From an uncultured virus (IMG/VR IMGVR_UViG_3300038393_002953) (lineage: Duplodnaviria; Heunggongvirae; Uroviricota; Caudoviricetes), in IMG/VR virus record IMGVR_UViG_3300038393_002953: DNA of 64,000 nucleotides, one strand, 5' to 3'. The notes beneath the pieces are model-generated. The model was not told the DNA's origin. It saw only the letters and a program-made list of their open reading frames with translations, and did not search any database. This document shows, one piece after another, positions 19,344-29,152 of this stretch (position 1 is the stretch's first letter; every line of letters begins with the position of its first letter). The translations under genes and the position numbers were made by a program.

Positions 19344-20405
19344 CTACTGCTCCTTCTTGACGTTCTTGCTGTTCCAGACGAACGCGCTGGAGTCCCAGTC
19401 GCGGTTGTACTGGTTACCGACGCCCGAGAAGAAGTCGTTGTACATGAAGCCGTTAATGCCGTCGTAGAACCAGTCGGCGATCGGGTTGTACTTGACGTCG
19501 AAGACCTTGGGGTAGCCGAGTTGCTGCATGCAGAAGTCGATGCGGCTCTGCACGAAGTTCTTCATCTGGGCCTCGGTGATGCCGTCCATGGGGCCCTTCT
19601 CGAAGATCATCTCGACGATGCGGGCCTCATGCTCGTAGACCTTGCGCGCGGCGGTGGTCAACGACTCTTGGAGCGCGGCCTGCTCGGCGGCGTCGAGCGC
19701 GAGCTGCTCCTTGAGTTCCTTGAAGGCCCAGGCGCCCGCGATCGAGTGCAGGTTCTCGTCGCGCACGGAGAAGTTGATGCCGCGCACGATGTTCAGCAGC
19801 TTGTTCTTGCCCTTCGACTGGAAGTGCTTCAGGAAGGCGAACGACGAGTAGAGGATGGCGCCCTCGACCATTGAGAAGGCCCCGAGCGAGTAGAGATTGC
19901 CCAGGGGCGTCATGGGGGCGTCCACGATCGAGTCGATGAAGTCGATGCGGTCCTTGAGGACCGGATCCTTCACGTAGCCGGTGTAGAACTCGTCGGTGGC
20001 GACGTGCAGCAGCTCGTTGATCTTGTTGTAGAAAGGCTTGTGGATCGCCAGCTCGAAGGTGGCGAAGGTCGAGCCCATGCGCTGGAACTCGGGGCGGGGG
20101 AAGGTGCGCATGAAGCGGTTGCCCCAGTATTCCGCGCCCGCCTTCAGCTCGTAGAGCGAGAAGAGCTTGAGCGTGGTCATCACGCCGTGCTTCTCGGACG
20201 GCGTGAAGTTGGTCAGGACGTCCTGGACGTCCTTCTCGACCTTGATCTCGTCGGGCAGCCAGAAGATCTTGAGCTGCTCCTCCGTGAAGGTCACGGCGGG
20301 CTGGTAGCGTACGACCAGGCTCTCGGTCGGCTCCAGGACGTGTGGGATGCGCGCGGTCTCTTCGCCGCTCGCGCTGTTCGCGTTGAGCATGAGGGGGGTC
20401 TCCAA
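19344..20405 (-). CDS. nrdB: Ribonucleotide reductase beta subunit
   Basis: FWLPDEI, ELAIH, EGAILYSSF, RDENLH, DFF...QY. Confidence 0.95.
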   Translation of the reverse strand: METPLMLNANSASGEETARIPHVLEPTESLVVRYQPAVTFTEEQLKIFWLPDEIKVEKDVQDVLTNFTPSEKHGVMTTLKLFSLYELKAGAEYWGNRFMRTFPRPEFQRMGSTFATFELAIHKPFYNKINELLHVATDEFYTGYVKDPVLKDRIDFIDSIVDAPMTPLGNLYSLGAFSMVEGAILYSSFAFLKHFQSKGKNKLLNIVRGINFSVRDENLHSIAGAWAFKELKEQLALDAAEQAALQESLTTAARKVYEHEARIVEMIFEKGPMDGITEAQMKNFVQSRIDFCMQQLGYPKVFDVKYNPIADWFYDGINGFMYNDFFSGVGNQYNRDWDSSAFVWNSKNVKKEQ

Positions 20406-20431
20406 GAATAAGCTTCAGCCAGGGGTAGGAA

Positions 20432-20458
20432 GAGCCAGGGCCTCGGGGGCTCTGGCTC
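20432..20458. terminator. Hairpin upstream of nrdB (terminator or attenuator)
   Basis: GAGCCAGGGC/GCTCTGGCTC inverted repeat. Confidence 0.5.
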
Positions 20459-20472
20459 GGCGGAAGGGGCGA

Positions 20473-20925
20473 TTAGCGGGGCCGAATCAGGCCGCCGGGC
20501 TGGCCCGGCAAGACCAGTCCGCTGCCGGGGGCCTTGAACTGCTTCTCGACGATCGAGGCCGCGACGTTGACCATGGTCAGCAGCAGGTTGTGCATGCTGA
20601 TCTGGTACTTGAGCTGGAAGGCCGGATCGACGTGACGTGCTTCCTCGCCGAGGATGCCCGCCGACATCTGGGCCTCGATGCTCTGCCGGGCCTCCTCGAC
20701 CTCCTCGGGCGTGGGCTCCTGGCAGAAACCGCGCATCGCCAGCTTCGTGGCCGTCTGATTCAGCCCCTCGGCGAGGATCATCATGATGTCGCCGGGGCCG
20801 AAGGAGGGGATCACGCCGCCCAGGATCTGGTCGTTCTCGCCCTCGAAGAGCAGGACCTGCCTGCGTTGGGGGCCGAGATGCTCGGGCGCGGGGCCCTGGG
20901 CCTCGGGGAGCTGTTCGTCGGACAT
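20473..20925 (-). CDS. Hypothetical protein
   Basis: 150-aa ORF, TAAGGAG RBS. Confidence 0.7.
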   Translation of the reverse strand: MSDEQLPEAQGPAPEHLGPQRRQVLLFEGENDQILGGVIPSFGPGDIMMILAEGLNQTATKLAMRGFCQEPTPEEVEEARQSIEAQMSAGILGEEARHVDPAFQLKYQISMHNLLLTMVNVAASIVEKQFKAPGSGLVLPGQPGGLIRPR

Positions 20926-20935
20926 GTCGTTCTCC

Positions 20936-21103
20936 TTAAGGGGTGGTGGGGGTTTCGGACTGAAGCTTCCTGAAGACGAGCATGCCCTCGACGTAGTGCG
21001 ACAGCTCCCATCCGGCGGCGACCCGCTCGGCCAGGAGCTTCTTCATGCCCACCTTGTTGAGGGGAACATTGTCTTCCACGTCATATTCGGGCGCATTCAT
21101 CAT
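20936..21103 (-). CDS. 55-aa protein (absent from ORF track), probably leaderless
   Basis: MMNAPEYDVED...AAGWELSHYVEGMLVFRK; fills the gap below promoter 21110-21137. Confidence 0.6.
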   Translation of the reverse strand: MMNAPEYDVEDNVPLNKVGMKKLLAERVAAGWELSHYVEGMLVFRKLQSETPTTP

Positions 21104-21109
21104 AGCTCA

Positions 21110-21137
21110 ATCCTAACAAATTATGGATGAAAGTCAA
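21110..21137 (-). promoter_or_regulatory. Sigma70-type promoter
   Basis: TTGACT-16-TAGGAT in an AT-rich gap. Confidence 0.6.
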
Positions 21138-21155
21138 TAGATACGGGCACGGGTT

Positions 21156-21722
21156 TCAGGGCTGAGGAGTCAAGAGGACGCGCGTGCAGGTCAGCGGGTT
21201 CCGAAGGTCCCACGGCATGGTGGCACGGTTGCTGATCGCCGGGACGAGATCATAGCCCGCGCGCCAGTATCCCCGCGCGATCAGCTCCGAGCAGACCATC
21301 GGATGGCCGTCGTAGGTCTCGTCGTCGAAGCCGTCGATCTCGCCTCGGCTGAAGTGGCCGCGCAGCAGCACGATCTCGGCCATCCTGCCGTAGTCGTAGA
21401 GCTGGCCGACGTGCTGGCGCATCCACTCCACGGCCTGGGTCTTGGTCGTCGCGTCGCAGTTAGGCCGCCAGACCTCGAAGGAGTCCAGATCGTCAGGCAA
21501 GAGGTACTCGTTGACGCCCGCGAGGGTCCTGCCGAACGGCTTGCCGTCCTCGATGATCCAGACACCGGAGGTGTCGGCGCGCGAGACCACGCGCGCATGA
21601 GGGTAGGGGCGACCGATGATCAGCCGTGCGCATGTGACCCAGGGCTCTCCTCGGTACTGGACCAGGACGTCGCCGGGCTGAAGCAGGCCATGCCCGGTGG
21701 GCATGGCGCTCGTCTGAGGCAT
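21156..21722 (-). CDS. Permuted papain-like (NlpC/P60, YiiX/YebB-like) enzyme
   Basis: LQPGDVL, YPHA, GQLYDY, VCSELI, MPWDL; His precedes Cys. Confidence 0.8.
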   Translation of the reverse strand: MPQTSAMPTGHGLLQPGDVLVQYRGEPWVTCARLIIGRPYPHARVVSRADTSGVWIIEDGKPFGRTLAGVNEYLLPDDLDSFEVWRPNCDATTKTQAVEWMRQHVGQLYDYGRMAEIVLLRGHFSRGEIDGFDDETYDGHPMVCSELIARGYWRAGYDLVPAISNRATMPWDLRNPLTCTRVLLTPQP

Positions 21723-21732
21723 GGGCGGCTCC

Positions 21733-22857
21733 TTAGAACGAGGGGTACTGGACGGCGAGGAAGGTGCCGCGAGCGATCGCGGTCGTGGTGATCGGCTGGT
21801 GGTTATCCATCACCAGATCCAGGCGCTGCTTCTGGCGCGCGTCCAGGACCGGTTCGACCGAGCGCGTGTAGTTGTAGACCATCGCCTGTGTGTAGGACTG
21901 GTTGCCGAACTCCTGGTGGTTGTACTGCGTGTACTCGTTGCAGCCGAAGCGCAGGTCCTGGATCGTGTAGTAGGGGAACTCGACGCCCTTGTAGGCCATG
22001 TCGGTCGGCAGACCGGCCTGCTCTAGCGCGGCCTTCTGCGCGCCAGAGGCCAGGCCGAACGCCTGCCAGCGGAAGGCCAGTCCCTCGGGCAGCTCGGCGG
22101 TCATCTCCAGGTCCATGCCGACCTCCTTGAGGTTGATCAAGGAGTCTTCGTAGGGGTCGATGCGCCAGCGGCTGGAGGTGCGATCGTTGCCATCGGGGTC
22201 CTTCCAGCGCCTGGAGGCGGTGTCGTAGGAGGTGACGACGGAGCCGTCCGGCGCCTTCCAGACGCCCGGGTTGGCCTCGGTGGGACGCACGGGCAGGTCG
22301 AGCCAGGCCAGGACGTTGCCGTTGGCGTCGAGCCACTTGTAGGCCACGTCGTCGTAGCTTGCCGTGATGTGGTGCATGAGCGCGCCGTAAAGCACCTGGT
22401 CGTTCATGTAGTCGGGGTTCGGGACCATGTTGCCCGCGCCGTCGTCGATCTGGGGCGTGGCGTAGGACTGGAGCATCTGCGCGCCGGTCGCGTCCACCCA
22501 GAGCCCCGTCATGGGGTGCAGCGCCACGCCGCCTGCTGCCCAGGCCGCCGGGTCGCCGCAGGTCTTGCCGTTCCAGGTCCAGGGGTTGGCCCAGTCGTGG
22601 GTGTAGAAGCGAACTTCTTTCTGTTCGATCGGCTTATCGCATAGCGGCAGCACGCGCGAGGTGAAGTCGCTCCATTCGGGATAGCTCTGGTCGATCCAGC
22701 TGGTGCGCACGATGCTGCCGCACTCGATCGCCAGTTTATACCCGAGCAACTGAGCAGGCTGAGCATCATCCGAGACCGGCTGGGAATGCAGGATCGTCTT
22801 CGGTCGGCTGGCTCGCAGCGCCAGCAGCTTGTTGTAATCGATGTCCAGGGTGATCAT
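21733..22857 (-). CDS. Hypothetical, probable virion protein
   Basis: Trp/Asp/Gly-rich; follows the fibre-like gene. Confidence 0.5.
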   Translation of the reverse strand: MITLDIDYNKLLALRASRPKTILHSQPVSDDAQPAQLLGYKLAIECGSIVRTSWIDQSYPEWSDFTSRVLPLCDKPIEQKEVRFYTHDWANPWTWNGKTCGDPAAWAAGGVALHPMTGLWVDATGAQMLQSYATPQIDDGAGNMVPNPDYMNDQVLYGALMHHITASYDDVAYKWLDANGNVLAWLDLPVRPTEANPGVWKAPDGSVVTSYDTASRRWKDPDGNDRTSSRWRIDPYEDSLINLKEVGMDLEMTAELPEGLAFRWQAFGLASGAQKAALEQAGLPTDMAYKGVEFPYYTIQDLRFGCNEYTQYNHQEFGNQSYTQAMVYNYTRSVEPVLDARQKQRLDLVMDNHQPITTTAIARGTFLAVQYPSF

Positions 22858-22870
22858 ACGAGGCTTGTCC

Positions 22871-25800
22871 TTACTTGGTGTAACCAATCAGGTTGGCGCG
22901 GCCTACGGTGCCGTTGCCGCCGGGCTGAAGCGTCAGGACCGCACTCTGTCCCGGCGCGATCTTGATCGGGTTGGGGAAGTTGAGCGGCCCCTTGTTCGTG
23001 CTGGTGTAGGAGCTGAAATAAGTCTTGCCTGCGCCGTCTTTCAGCTCGATCAGGATGACCGGGGTGCTGCTGGAGAAGCTCCCCTCCATCGACTTGATGT
23101 AATGAGACATGTTGCCCGGAGGCGCGGGCTGGGTCAGCGTGACCGTCGCGTTCGTCGCGTTGCCGTTCATCACCCAGTCCTGCGGCTCGCTCTCGATCGT
23201 GACCGGCATGGTCTGGAGGCGATCGACGTTCGAGACCGTCAGCACGTCCACGTTCATGCTGCTGTTCGAGGCGGGCGCACTGCTGCCGTTCTGCCAGCCT
23301 GCATAGAAGCCCAGCACGCTGTAAGGACCGGGCATGTGCGTCACATGGTCGGCGACCATCACGTCGTCGTAGAAAGCCCTGACGCGATCGACCAGGATCT
23401 CGATCCGGAGCTTGTCGGAGCTGGCAGTGGTCCCGCCGTTCGGGATCGTGAACGTCGTCGTCTCGATATCGGAGGCCGCGACCGTCTGGCCGGGGTTGAC
23501 GCCCGCCGATTCGAAGGTCATCTGGGTGTTGACCGTGCCGGTCAGCTTGAAGCGCGCGTAGTTCAGCGGAGCCGCCGGGTCGTCCTGCAACCCGATATAG
23601 CCCGTCTGGTTGGCGATGCGCTGGGAGGTATCGACCACGGCGGCCAGCACCAGCGGGCCGTAGTCCACGTCTCGCCAGATATGGGTGTCGGAGTTGGCGA
23701 TCGTGCCCGAGTTGACTGTGACCTTGGAGTTCGCGACGCTGATGGATCCGCCGGTACCGGTGGTCGTCGCGATCGAGGAGATGTGGGTAGTGCCGCTCGC
23801 GGTGCCGCCCGCGTAGCCGTCCTTCAAAACGGCCTGCGTATCGCTCAGGATGCTGCCTACCTGGATGAGGGCCGACTCCGCATGGCTGGTCAGTTTGATG
23901 TACGCGCCAACGGAAAGCTCGCTCAGGAAGGCCGTGCCGGTTCCCGTGATCGTCGCGTCGCCGTTGGTGAAGGCCACGGTTCCCGTCAGGGTCTTGTAGA
24001 GAGAGGTTCCGGAGAAGTCCTCTCGGACCGAGCCCTCGTCCGTCGTGACCGGGCCGCGAGTGCGCAGGTTGCCGTTCGAGTCCACCATCAGGGCGCCGCC
24101 CTCTCCGTTGCCGATGCCGGGATAGTTCTCGCCGGTGGGGTCCGGCCAGAAGGTTCCGGTCGAAGGCGGAGTCAGCAGCGTCTGGATCGAGGCCATATAG
24201 CCGAGCGCGCCCCAGCCGCCATTGAGAGGGCCAACGGGCTGCCCGTTGATGAAGCCGCCCGCACCGTCGGTGACGTTGGCGTTGGAGGCGACGTAATAGG
24301 TGCCGGTGATGTTGCCGGTGCCGTAGGTCGTGCAGATGATCCGGACCGATCGACGACCGCCCATGGGGCAGATGTAGACGCCGGGATCGGACGCCTGAGT
24401 CACGAGCGCGCCCGTGCCGTCGGCCTTGATCTGCCAGACCTCGGCCAGCGAGGTCGTCGCGCCGTTCATGCCGTCCTCGCTCACGAACTTGAACGAGCCT
24501 CCGTTGGTGGCCGTGACGACCCAGACGATCGTGGAGCCCATCTGGCTCACGGCGACCGAGTTGCCCGAGCCGACGCCACTCAGCGAGAAAGCCAGTGAGA
24601 CATCGGACACAGAGTAAGAGACCTTCAGGACGCCGGAGGAGTCCACCTGACCCAGCGCCGGGTAGAAGGGCTGCGGGGAGCCGTAGGCCGTGACGTTGGC
24701 GGCTCCAGAGGTCAGCGCGGTGACGTTGAGCCGAGCGTACTGGTAACCCAGACAGTTCGCGGTCATGGAGTAAGCGTTCGTGCCGGTCACGCTGGCGCCG
24801 CTCAGGTTGGAGTTGACCGCCTGGAGGCCGTTCTGGGTCGAAGAGACAGAGACGAAGTTGACGCCATCCTTGGAGAGCTGGATCTGAGCCGAGAGACCCG
24901 TGTAGGGGCCTGACACGACCATCGTGACCGTCCCCGATCCGTACAGATCGAAGGCCTGTGAGTTACCGGTCGCTGACATCGAGAACGACGTGTTGTGCGT
25001 CCTTCCCAGCGAGACGGCGTTGGCGCCCTCGGATGCCTGATCGAGCCCGACGGTTCCGGCGATGTAGAGCAGGTTGCCCATGCTCGTGCCAGGCCCTTCG
25101 AGCCTCACGGTCCCCTGGCCGTAGCCGGGAGCGGAAGACGCCACCAGGGCCGCCGTGGCGGACCCGCTGGAATAGGCGCTGACGCGGGCGCGGACGTGGC
25201 GCACCGATCCGAGCATGCCGCCGAAAAAGCGGGTCTCGGGGACGCCGCTGAGAGACATCACCGAAAACGAACCCATGCCGGGGTCATTCAGCGGGACGCC
25301 CAGGATCTCGAACCAGTTCGTGCCGTCCTGCGAGCCCTCCAGAGTGACGTCGCCGATCAGGTCGGTCACGACCAGCGTCAGGCCCCAGGAGGAGCGACCG
25401 TCGAGCGGACCGAGCGCCACGGCGTCGTTGAGCGCGTCGAGCGTACCCACGATCATGTCGTCGGGGATCGGGCCGGGGGACGAGCCATCCGTGACGTAGA
25501 TCGGGCTGGTCGGAGAGCCACCGAGCCCACCTGCCGAGACCTCGACGGGCTGAACTTCGGGAAAGTTGGTGACGGAGGTATAGAGAGGCGAAGCGGACGC
25601 CGAGCCTGGCCCCGATGCTAGATGCATGGGTTGATCGGTCGTGCCGAGCGCCTGGACCGCCGCCGTGACCGCATCGATCGCGGCCTTGGCGGCATCCTGC
25701 TTCGCGGCGGTGGCGTAGTCCTTGCCGGTCAGCGTCAGCAAGTAGGACTCGACTTGATCGACGGCGGTATAAACCTGATCCAGCGTCGCCTTGAGCGCGT

Positions 25801-26215
25801 CCTGCTTCGCGGCGGTGGCGAAGTCCTTGAGGTTGAGCGTGTCGAGCGCTGACTTCGCGGCGGCCAGGGTCGTTTGGGTGGCGAAGTCCTTCGTATTGAT
25901 CGAATCGAGCAGCACGCGGATAGCCTCGACCTTGGTCTGGGTCGCGAGCGTACCGAGTAGCGTCTTGATATCTTCTTGCTTGGCACCGGTCGCGAGGTCC
26001 TTGCCATCGATCGAGGCCAGGATCACGCGCGACGCTTCGAGCTTCGCCAGCGCGTCGGCGTCGTGCGTCGTCAGCTCGGCGTTGCCGTTGACGGTCAGCT
26101 TGCCGAGGATCTGCTGGAGCCACCAGGCCAGCGTGTAGCGGGTGGCGGGATTGGCGTTGGGGTCGGAGGTCTTGGGGAAGGCGCCGCCGTGCAGCACGCG
26201 CAGGAATTCGAACAT
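22871..26215 (-). CDS. Tail-fibre/receptor-binding-like protein
   Basis: 1114 aa; N-terminal helical KD(F/Y/L)AT repeats followed by Ser/Thr/Gly-rich beta-type domains. Confidence 0.6.
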   Translation of the reverse strand: MFEFLRVLHGGAFPKTSDPNANPATRYTLAWWLQQILGKLTVNGNAELTTHDADALAKLEASRVILASIDGKDLATGAKQEDIKTLLGTLATQTKVEAIRVLLDSINTKDFATQTTLAAAKSALDTLNLKDFATAAKQDALKATLDQVYTAVDQVESYLLTLTGKDYATAAKQDAAKAAIDAVTAAVQALGTTDQPMHLASGPGSASASPLYTSVTNFPEVQPVEVSAGGLGGSPTSPIYVTDGSSPGPIPDDMIVGTLDALNDAVALGPLDGRSSWGLTLVVTDLIGDVTLEGSQDGTNWFEILGVPLNDPGMGSFSVMSLSGVPETRFFGGMLGSVRHVRARVSAYSSGSATAALVASSAPGYGQGTVRLEGPGTSMGNLLYIAGTVGLDQASEGANAVSLGRTHNTSFSMSATGNSQAFDLYGSGTVTMVVSGPYTGLSAQIQLSKDGVNFVSVSSTQNGLQAVNSNLSGASVTGTNAYSMTANCLGYQYARLNVTALTSGAANVTAYGSPQPFYPALGQVDSSGVLKVSYSVSDVSLAFSLSGVGSGNSVAVSQMGSTIVWVVTATNGGSFKFVSEDGMNGATTSLAEVWQIKADGTGALVTQASDPGVYICPMGGRRSVRIICTTYGTGNITGTYYVASNANVTDGAGGFINGQPVGPLNGGWGALGYMASIQTLLTPPSTGTFWPDPTGENYPGIGNGEGGALMVDSNGNLRTRGPVTTDEGSVREDFSGTSLYKTLTGTVAFTNGDATITGTGTAFLSELSVGAYIKLTSHAESALIQVGSILSDTQAVLKDGYAGGTASGTTHISSIATTTGTGGSISVANSKVTVNSGTIANSDTHIWRDVDYGPLVLAAVVDTSQRIANQTGYIGLQDDPAAPLNYARFKLTGTVNTQMTFESAGVNPGQTVAASDIETTTFTIPNGGTTASSDKLRIEILVDRVRAFYDDVMVADHVTHMPGPYSVLGFYAGWQNGSSAPASNSSMNVDVLTVSNVDRLQTMPVTIESEPQDWVMNGNATNATVTLTQPAPPGNMSHYIKSMEGSFSSSTPVILIELKDGAGKTYFSSYTSTNKGPLNFPNPIKIAPGQSAVLTLQPGGNGTVGRANLIGYTK

Positions 26216-26224
26216 GGGCCACCT

Positions 26225-26632
26225 CTAGGAAGTGTAGGGGACGCTCTGGCCGTCGAGTTCGACGTCCATGCCGGTCTGCTCGCCATCGGCGTCGTACACG
26301 GGGACGAGCTTGACGGTATGGGCGGACTCGCCGGTCGGCCCGGTCAGCGTGTATAGCAGGTAATCGATCTCGCCCGGGAGCGTGGCGTCGTCGTCGGCCT
26401 TGTAGGTGATCGCGAGGACGATCTCCGAGGCTTTGCCCTGCACCGGACCGGCGGCGCGCAGCTGCGTGGGCTGGCCGTTGGCGTCCGAGGTGACCAGGCG
26501 CCACGGCAAGACGGCCATGTCGCGCATGGTCAGCGTGAAGTCCTGGATGTCGCGTCCTGAGGGATGTCCCATGGGCTTGTCACCAATGAGGCGGTCATGC
26601 CGCGAGGACATGACCGCCTGAGCGTCCGGCAT
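26225..26632 (-). CDS. Hypothetical protein
   Basis: 135-aa ORF in operon. Confidence 0.65.
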   Translation of the reverse strand: MPDAQAVMSSRHDRLIGDKPMGHPSGRDIQDFTLTMRDMAVLPWRLVTSDANGQPTQLRAAGPVQGKASEIVLAITYKADDDATLPGEIDYLLYTLTGPTGESAHTVKLVPVYDADGEQTGMDVELDGQSVPYTS

Positions 26633-26671
26633 GTATATAGGAGCCCGGGCGGACCCCGTATATCCGATGCG

Positions 26672-26935
26672 CTAGGTGTAATGGAAGCCGACGGTATCGC
26701 CTTCCGAGAGGTGTCCCTTGACCGACTCAGGCTTGTCCGGATCGGCGGGAAGCAGCGCCAGACCGACCACGAAGCCCTGCTCGCGCAGGAGCTTGTAGCC
26801 GAAGCCCTCGTAATGCACCAGGCCGTTCAGCGTGATGAAGGTGGGGACCATGGACTGCTCCATGGTGTAGATGACGCCCGAGCCGGCCTCATCGGCGGTG
26901 ATGCGGCGGCGCAGCGGCTGCGTGGACAGCGGCAT
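26672..26935 (-). CDS. Hypothetical protein
   Basis: 87-aa ORF in operon. Confidence 0.65.
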   Translation of the reverse strand: MPLSTQPLRRRITADEAGSGVIYTMEQSMVPTFITLNGLVHYEGFGYKLLREQGFVVGLALLPADPDKPESVKGHLSEGDTVGFHYT

Positions 26936-26942
26936 GGCGGAC

Positions 26943-27215
26943 CTACTTCACGTCGGGCGAGGGCTGGACAACGCCGACGAGCGAGGCCACGGTGTCCTCG
27001 GCGCTCTCCAGGAAGTCCACGCCCTGCTGGATACCCGCGACCAGCGCGGAGGTGTCCTTGCCAGTGACCTTGCCCGCCTCGACGAGGGCCTCCTCGGAGG
27101 CCTTGAGGACGTTCTGGATCTGGTTGATCATGGCGGGGAGGGTCTTGAGGAAGCCGAGGATCACGGTCAGCTTGGGCAGCAGCTTGAGGATCTCGATCAT
27201 GTTGGAGGGGTTCAC
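26943..27215 (-). CDS. Small amphipathic/membrane protein
   Basis: 90 aa, hydrophobic N-terminus, AAGGAG RBS. Confidence 0.6.
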   Translation of the reverse strand: MNPSNMIEILKLLPKLTVILGFLKTLPAMINQIQNVLKASEEALVEAGKVTGKDTSALVAGIQQGVDFLESAEDTVASLVGVVQPSPDVK

Positions 27216-27253
27216 GGCGGGGCTCCTTTGCGTGAAGGATGGGGGAAGGGGGC

Positions 27254-27622
27254 CTAAGATTCGAGGACGGCGGCGATCTTATCAGCACCGACCACCAGGT
27301 GGTCCTCGGCGTGATTGAACTCGCTGAAGAAGGCATGCTCGTAGCCGGGGTCGGTGCTGAGGCGCATCCTCCCCAGCGCCGCCGGGCCGAACTTCGGCAG
27401 CAGCACCAGATCGCCGGGGAGGACCTCCACCGCGACGCGTCGCCCGTCCTCGTCGAAGCCGTCGGGGCCGACGGCGATCACGCGCGCGCGGATGAACGTG
27501 TTCTCGTCCTCCGTCTCGCGGGTCAGGATCAGGCCGCCCTCGGTCTGCTCCTCGCGGATGCGGAGGACGAGGACCTTGCCGGGGGCGGGGACGAACTTCT
27601 CGGTGGCGGCGGGCATGCTCAT
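27254..27622 (-). CDS. groES: GroES-like co-chaperonin
   Basis: PAPGKVLV, TEGGLIL, VIAVGPDG, VLPGDLVLLPKF. Confidence 0.9.
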   Translation of the reverse strand: MSMPAATEKFVPAPGKVLVLRIREEQTEGGLILTRETEDENTFIRARVIAVGPDGFDEDGRRVAVEVLPGDLVLLPKFGPAALGRMRLSTDPGYEHAFFSEFNHAEDHLVVGADKIAAVLES

Positions 27623-27693
27623 GGCTTCTCCTCTGGATCGAAAGGGATATCTCGATGATAGCACAAACGTTATGAACGATCCGCGAACGAAAG

Positions 27694-27718
27694 CCGGGCC
27701 CCCTAAAAGGAGGCCCGG
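27694..27718 (-). terminator. Intrinsic terminator
   Basis: CCGGGCC/GGCCCGG stem followed by CTTT on the minus strand. Confidence 0.6.
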
Positions 27719-27948
27719 ACGATGCGCGCGCGGAACGCGGAGAGGAGTTCTGAGGTGAGGTCGATCGCCCCGCCGCCGGTCGGGTGGTGATCCACGGGCG
27801 GCGGCTGGCCGGTGGTGGCGACTCGCGCCTGTTGGGGTCCGAGCGGCGCGGCGGGAGGGGTCGGGCGCGCGCCGGGGAGGAACGCGCCCAGGGTCTTGGG
27901 CTGCGCGGCGCGCAGGGCGTCCTCCTCGTCCAGGTTGCGCATGCCCAT
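27703..27948 (-). CDS. Hypothetical protein
   Basis: 81-aa ORF 3 nt after the upstream stop. Confidence 0.5.
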   Translation of the reverse strand: MGMRNLDEEDALRAAQPKTLGAFLPGARPTPPAAPLGPQQARVATTGQPPPVDHHPTGGGAIDLTSELLSAFRARIVRASF

Positions 27949-27951
27949 GGC

Positions 27952-28740
27952 TTACTTGGCCTCCTTGGCCTTCGCGCCCTTGGCCGACTTGGCGGACCTG
28001 GTGTCGGGCGTGACGTCGGCGGCCACATTGCCGGAGGCATCCTTGACCTCGGCCTGCAACGGCGCCCCGGCGACGCTCGCGTCGCCGTCCTGGACGTCCG
28101 TCGGGGCCTGGGGCAGCACGGAGCCCTCGGGCGCCACGCCGGACAGGCCGGTCTCGCGCGCCAGGCCATCCCCGGCGGCGGGGGGCGAACCTGCCGCGCC
28201 TGCGCCACCCGCCAGCTCGATGGTCGCGGTGACGGTCTCGGTCTCGGTCTTCGGCGAGGCGGGCTGATCCTCGTCTTCGACGGAGGGGCGATCCGGCGTG
28301 GCGATCAGCGTGGGCTCGCGATCCTCAAGGACCGCCAGCGCGATCTCCAGGCCGTTCGCCATGCCGCGCAGGTAGTCGTCCTCGACGGACTCGCCCGCCT
28401 TGAGGGCGGCCTCGCCCAGCAGGTCCCGCACCGCGCCCGTGATCTGCACCAGCGGCGACTCGATGGGCGCCAGGACGCTCTGGGGCTGGAAGGCATGGTC
28501 GAGGTCGATGCGGCGGACCTTGGGGCGGCGCATGTCGCTGACGGGGTAGTGGCAGTTGGCCTTGAACGACTCGATGTCGAGGTTGCCTTCGCGAGGCTGC
28601 TGCGTGGTGAAGCCGTCGGCGATGCCCTGATGGATCAGCGTGTCGAGCGCGTCCTCGGCGTCGGTGAACAGGTAGTACGCGGTCGGCGCGTCGATCGAGA
28701 CGAGCGTGGCGTTGTCGTAGACATGAGCGGTAACTTGCAT
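27952..28740 (-). CDS. Hypothetical protein with disordered acidic C-terminus
   Basis: 262-aa ORF, high GC3. Confidence 0.7.
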   Translation of the reverse strand: MQVTAHVYDNATLVSIDAPTAYYLFTDAEDALDTLIHQGIADGFTTQQPREGNLDIESFKANCHYPVSDMRRPKVRRIDLDHAFQPQSVLAPIESPLVQITGAVRDLLGEAALKAGESVEDDYLRGMANGLEIALAVLEDREPTLIATPDRPSVEDEDQPASPKTETETVTATIELAGGAGAAGSPPAAGDGLARETGLSGVAPEGSVLPQAPTDVQDGDASVAGAPLQAEVKDASGNVAADVTPDTRSAKSAKGAKAKEAK

Positions 28741-28773
28741 GGGACCTTTCCTTGTGGGTGGCCGCCGAGGCGG

Positions 28774-29139
28774 CTATCGGCGAGGCAGGAAGCTCGCCAG
28801 CGATCGGGGTGCGGGGGGAGAGGCCTCCAGCAAGTCCTTGGTGCAGGCCGCCTCGTTCAGCTTGGGACAGACATGGGTCGCGCCGTGCCTGGCGATCACG
28901 GCCTCGGATCGGCAGAAGCCGGTGTCCTTGAGCCAGTGGCACTTCACGTCCCTGATGCGCTTGCGCCAGCCCTGCTCCTGGGCCAGGTAGGCCAGGACGG
29001 ACTGGGCGGTGTAGCGGTCCTGGTCGGTCAGATCCATGTCCAGGCGCTTGGTCCAGGAGGCCACGAGGTCCTTGATCTCGTCGTCCCCCATCTGGGCCAG
29101 GTTGGCGCCGGTGATCGGCTCGATGTACTCGCGCTTCAT
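28774..29139 (-). CDS. Hypothetical Cys-containing protein
   Basis: 121-aa ORF, GGAGG RBS. Confidence 0.65.
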   Translation of the reverse strand: MKREYIEPITGANLAQMGDDEIKDLVASWTKRLDMDLTDQDRYTAQSVLAYLAQEQGWRKRIRDVKCHWLKDTGFCRSEAVIARHGATHVCPKLNEAACTKDLLEASPPAPRSLASFLPRR

Positions 29140-29152
29140 GCGTCCCTCCAGG

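Noticed and set aside
25690..26005. DNA repeats in the fibre-like gene
   Set aside because: Explained by KD(F/Y)AT protein repeats; no adenine-specific variation of the DGR template/variable-repeat type was evident
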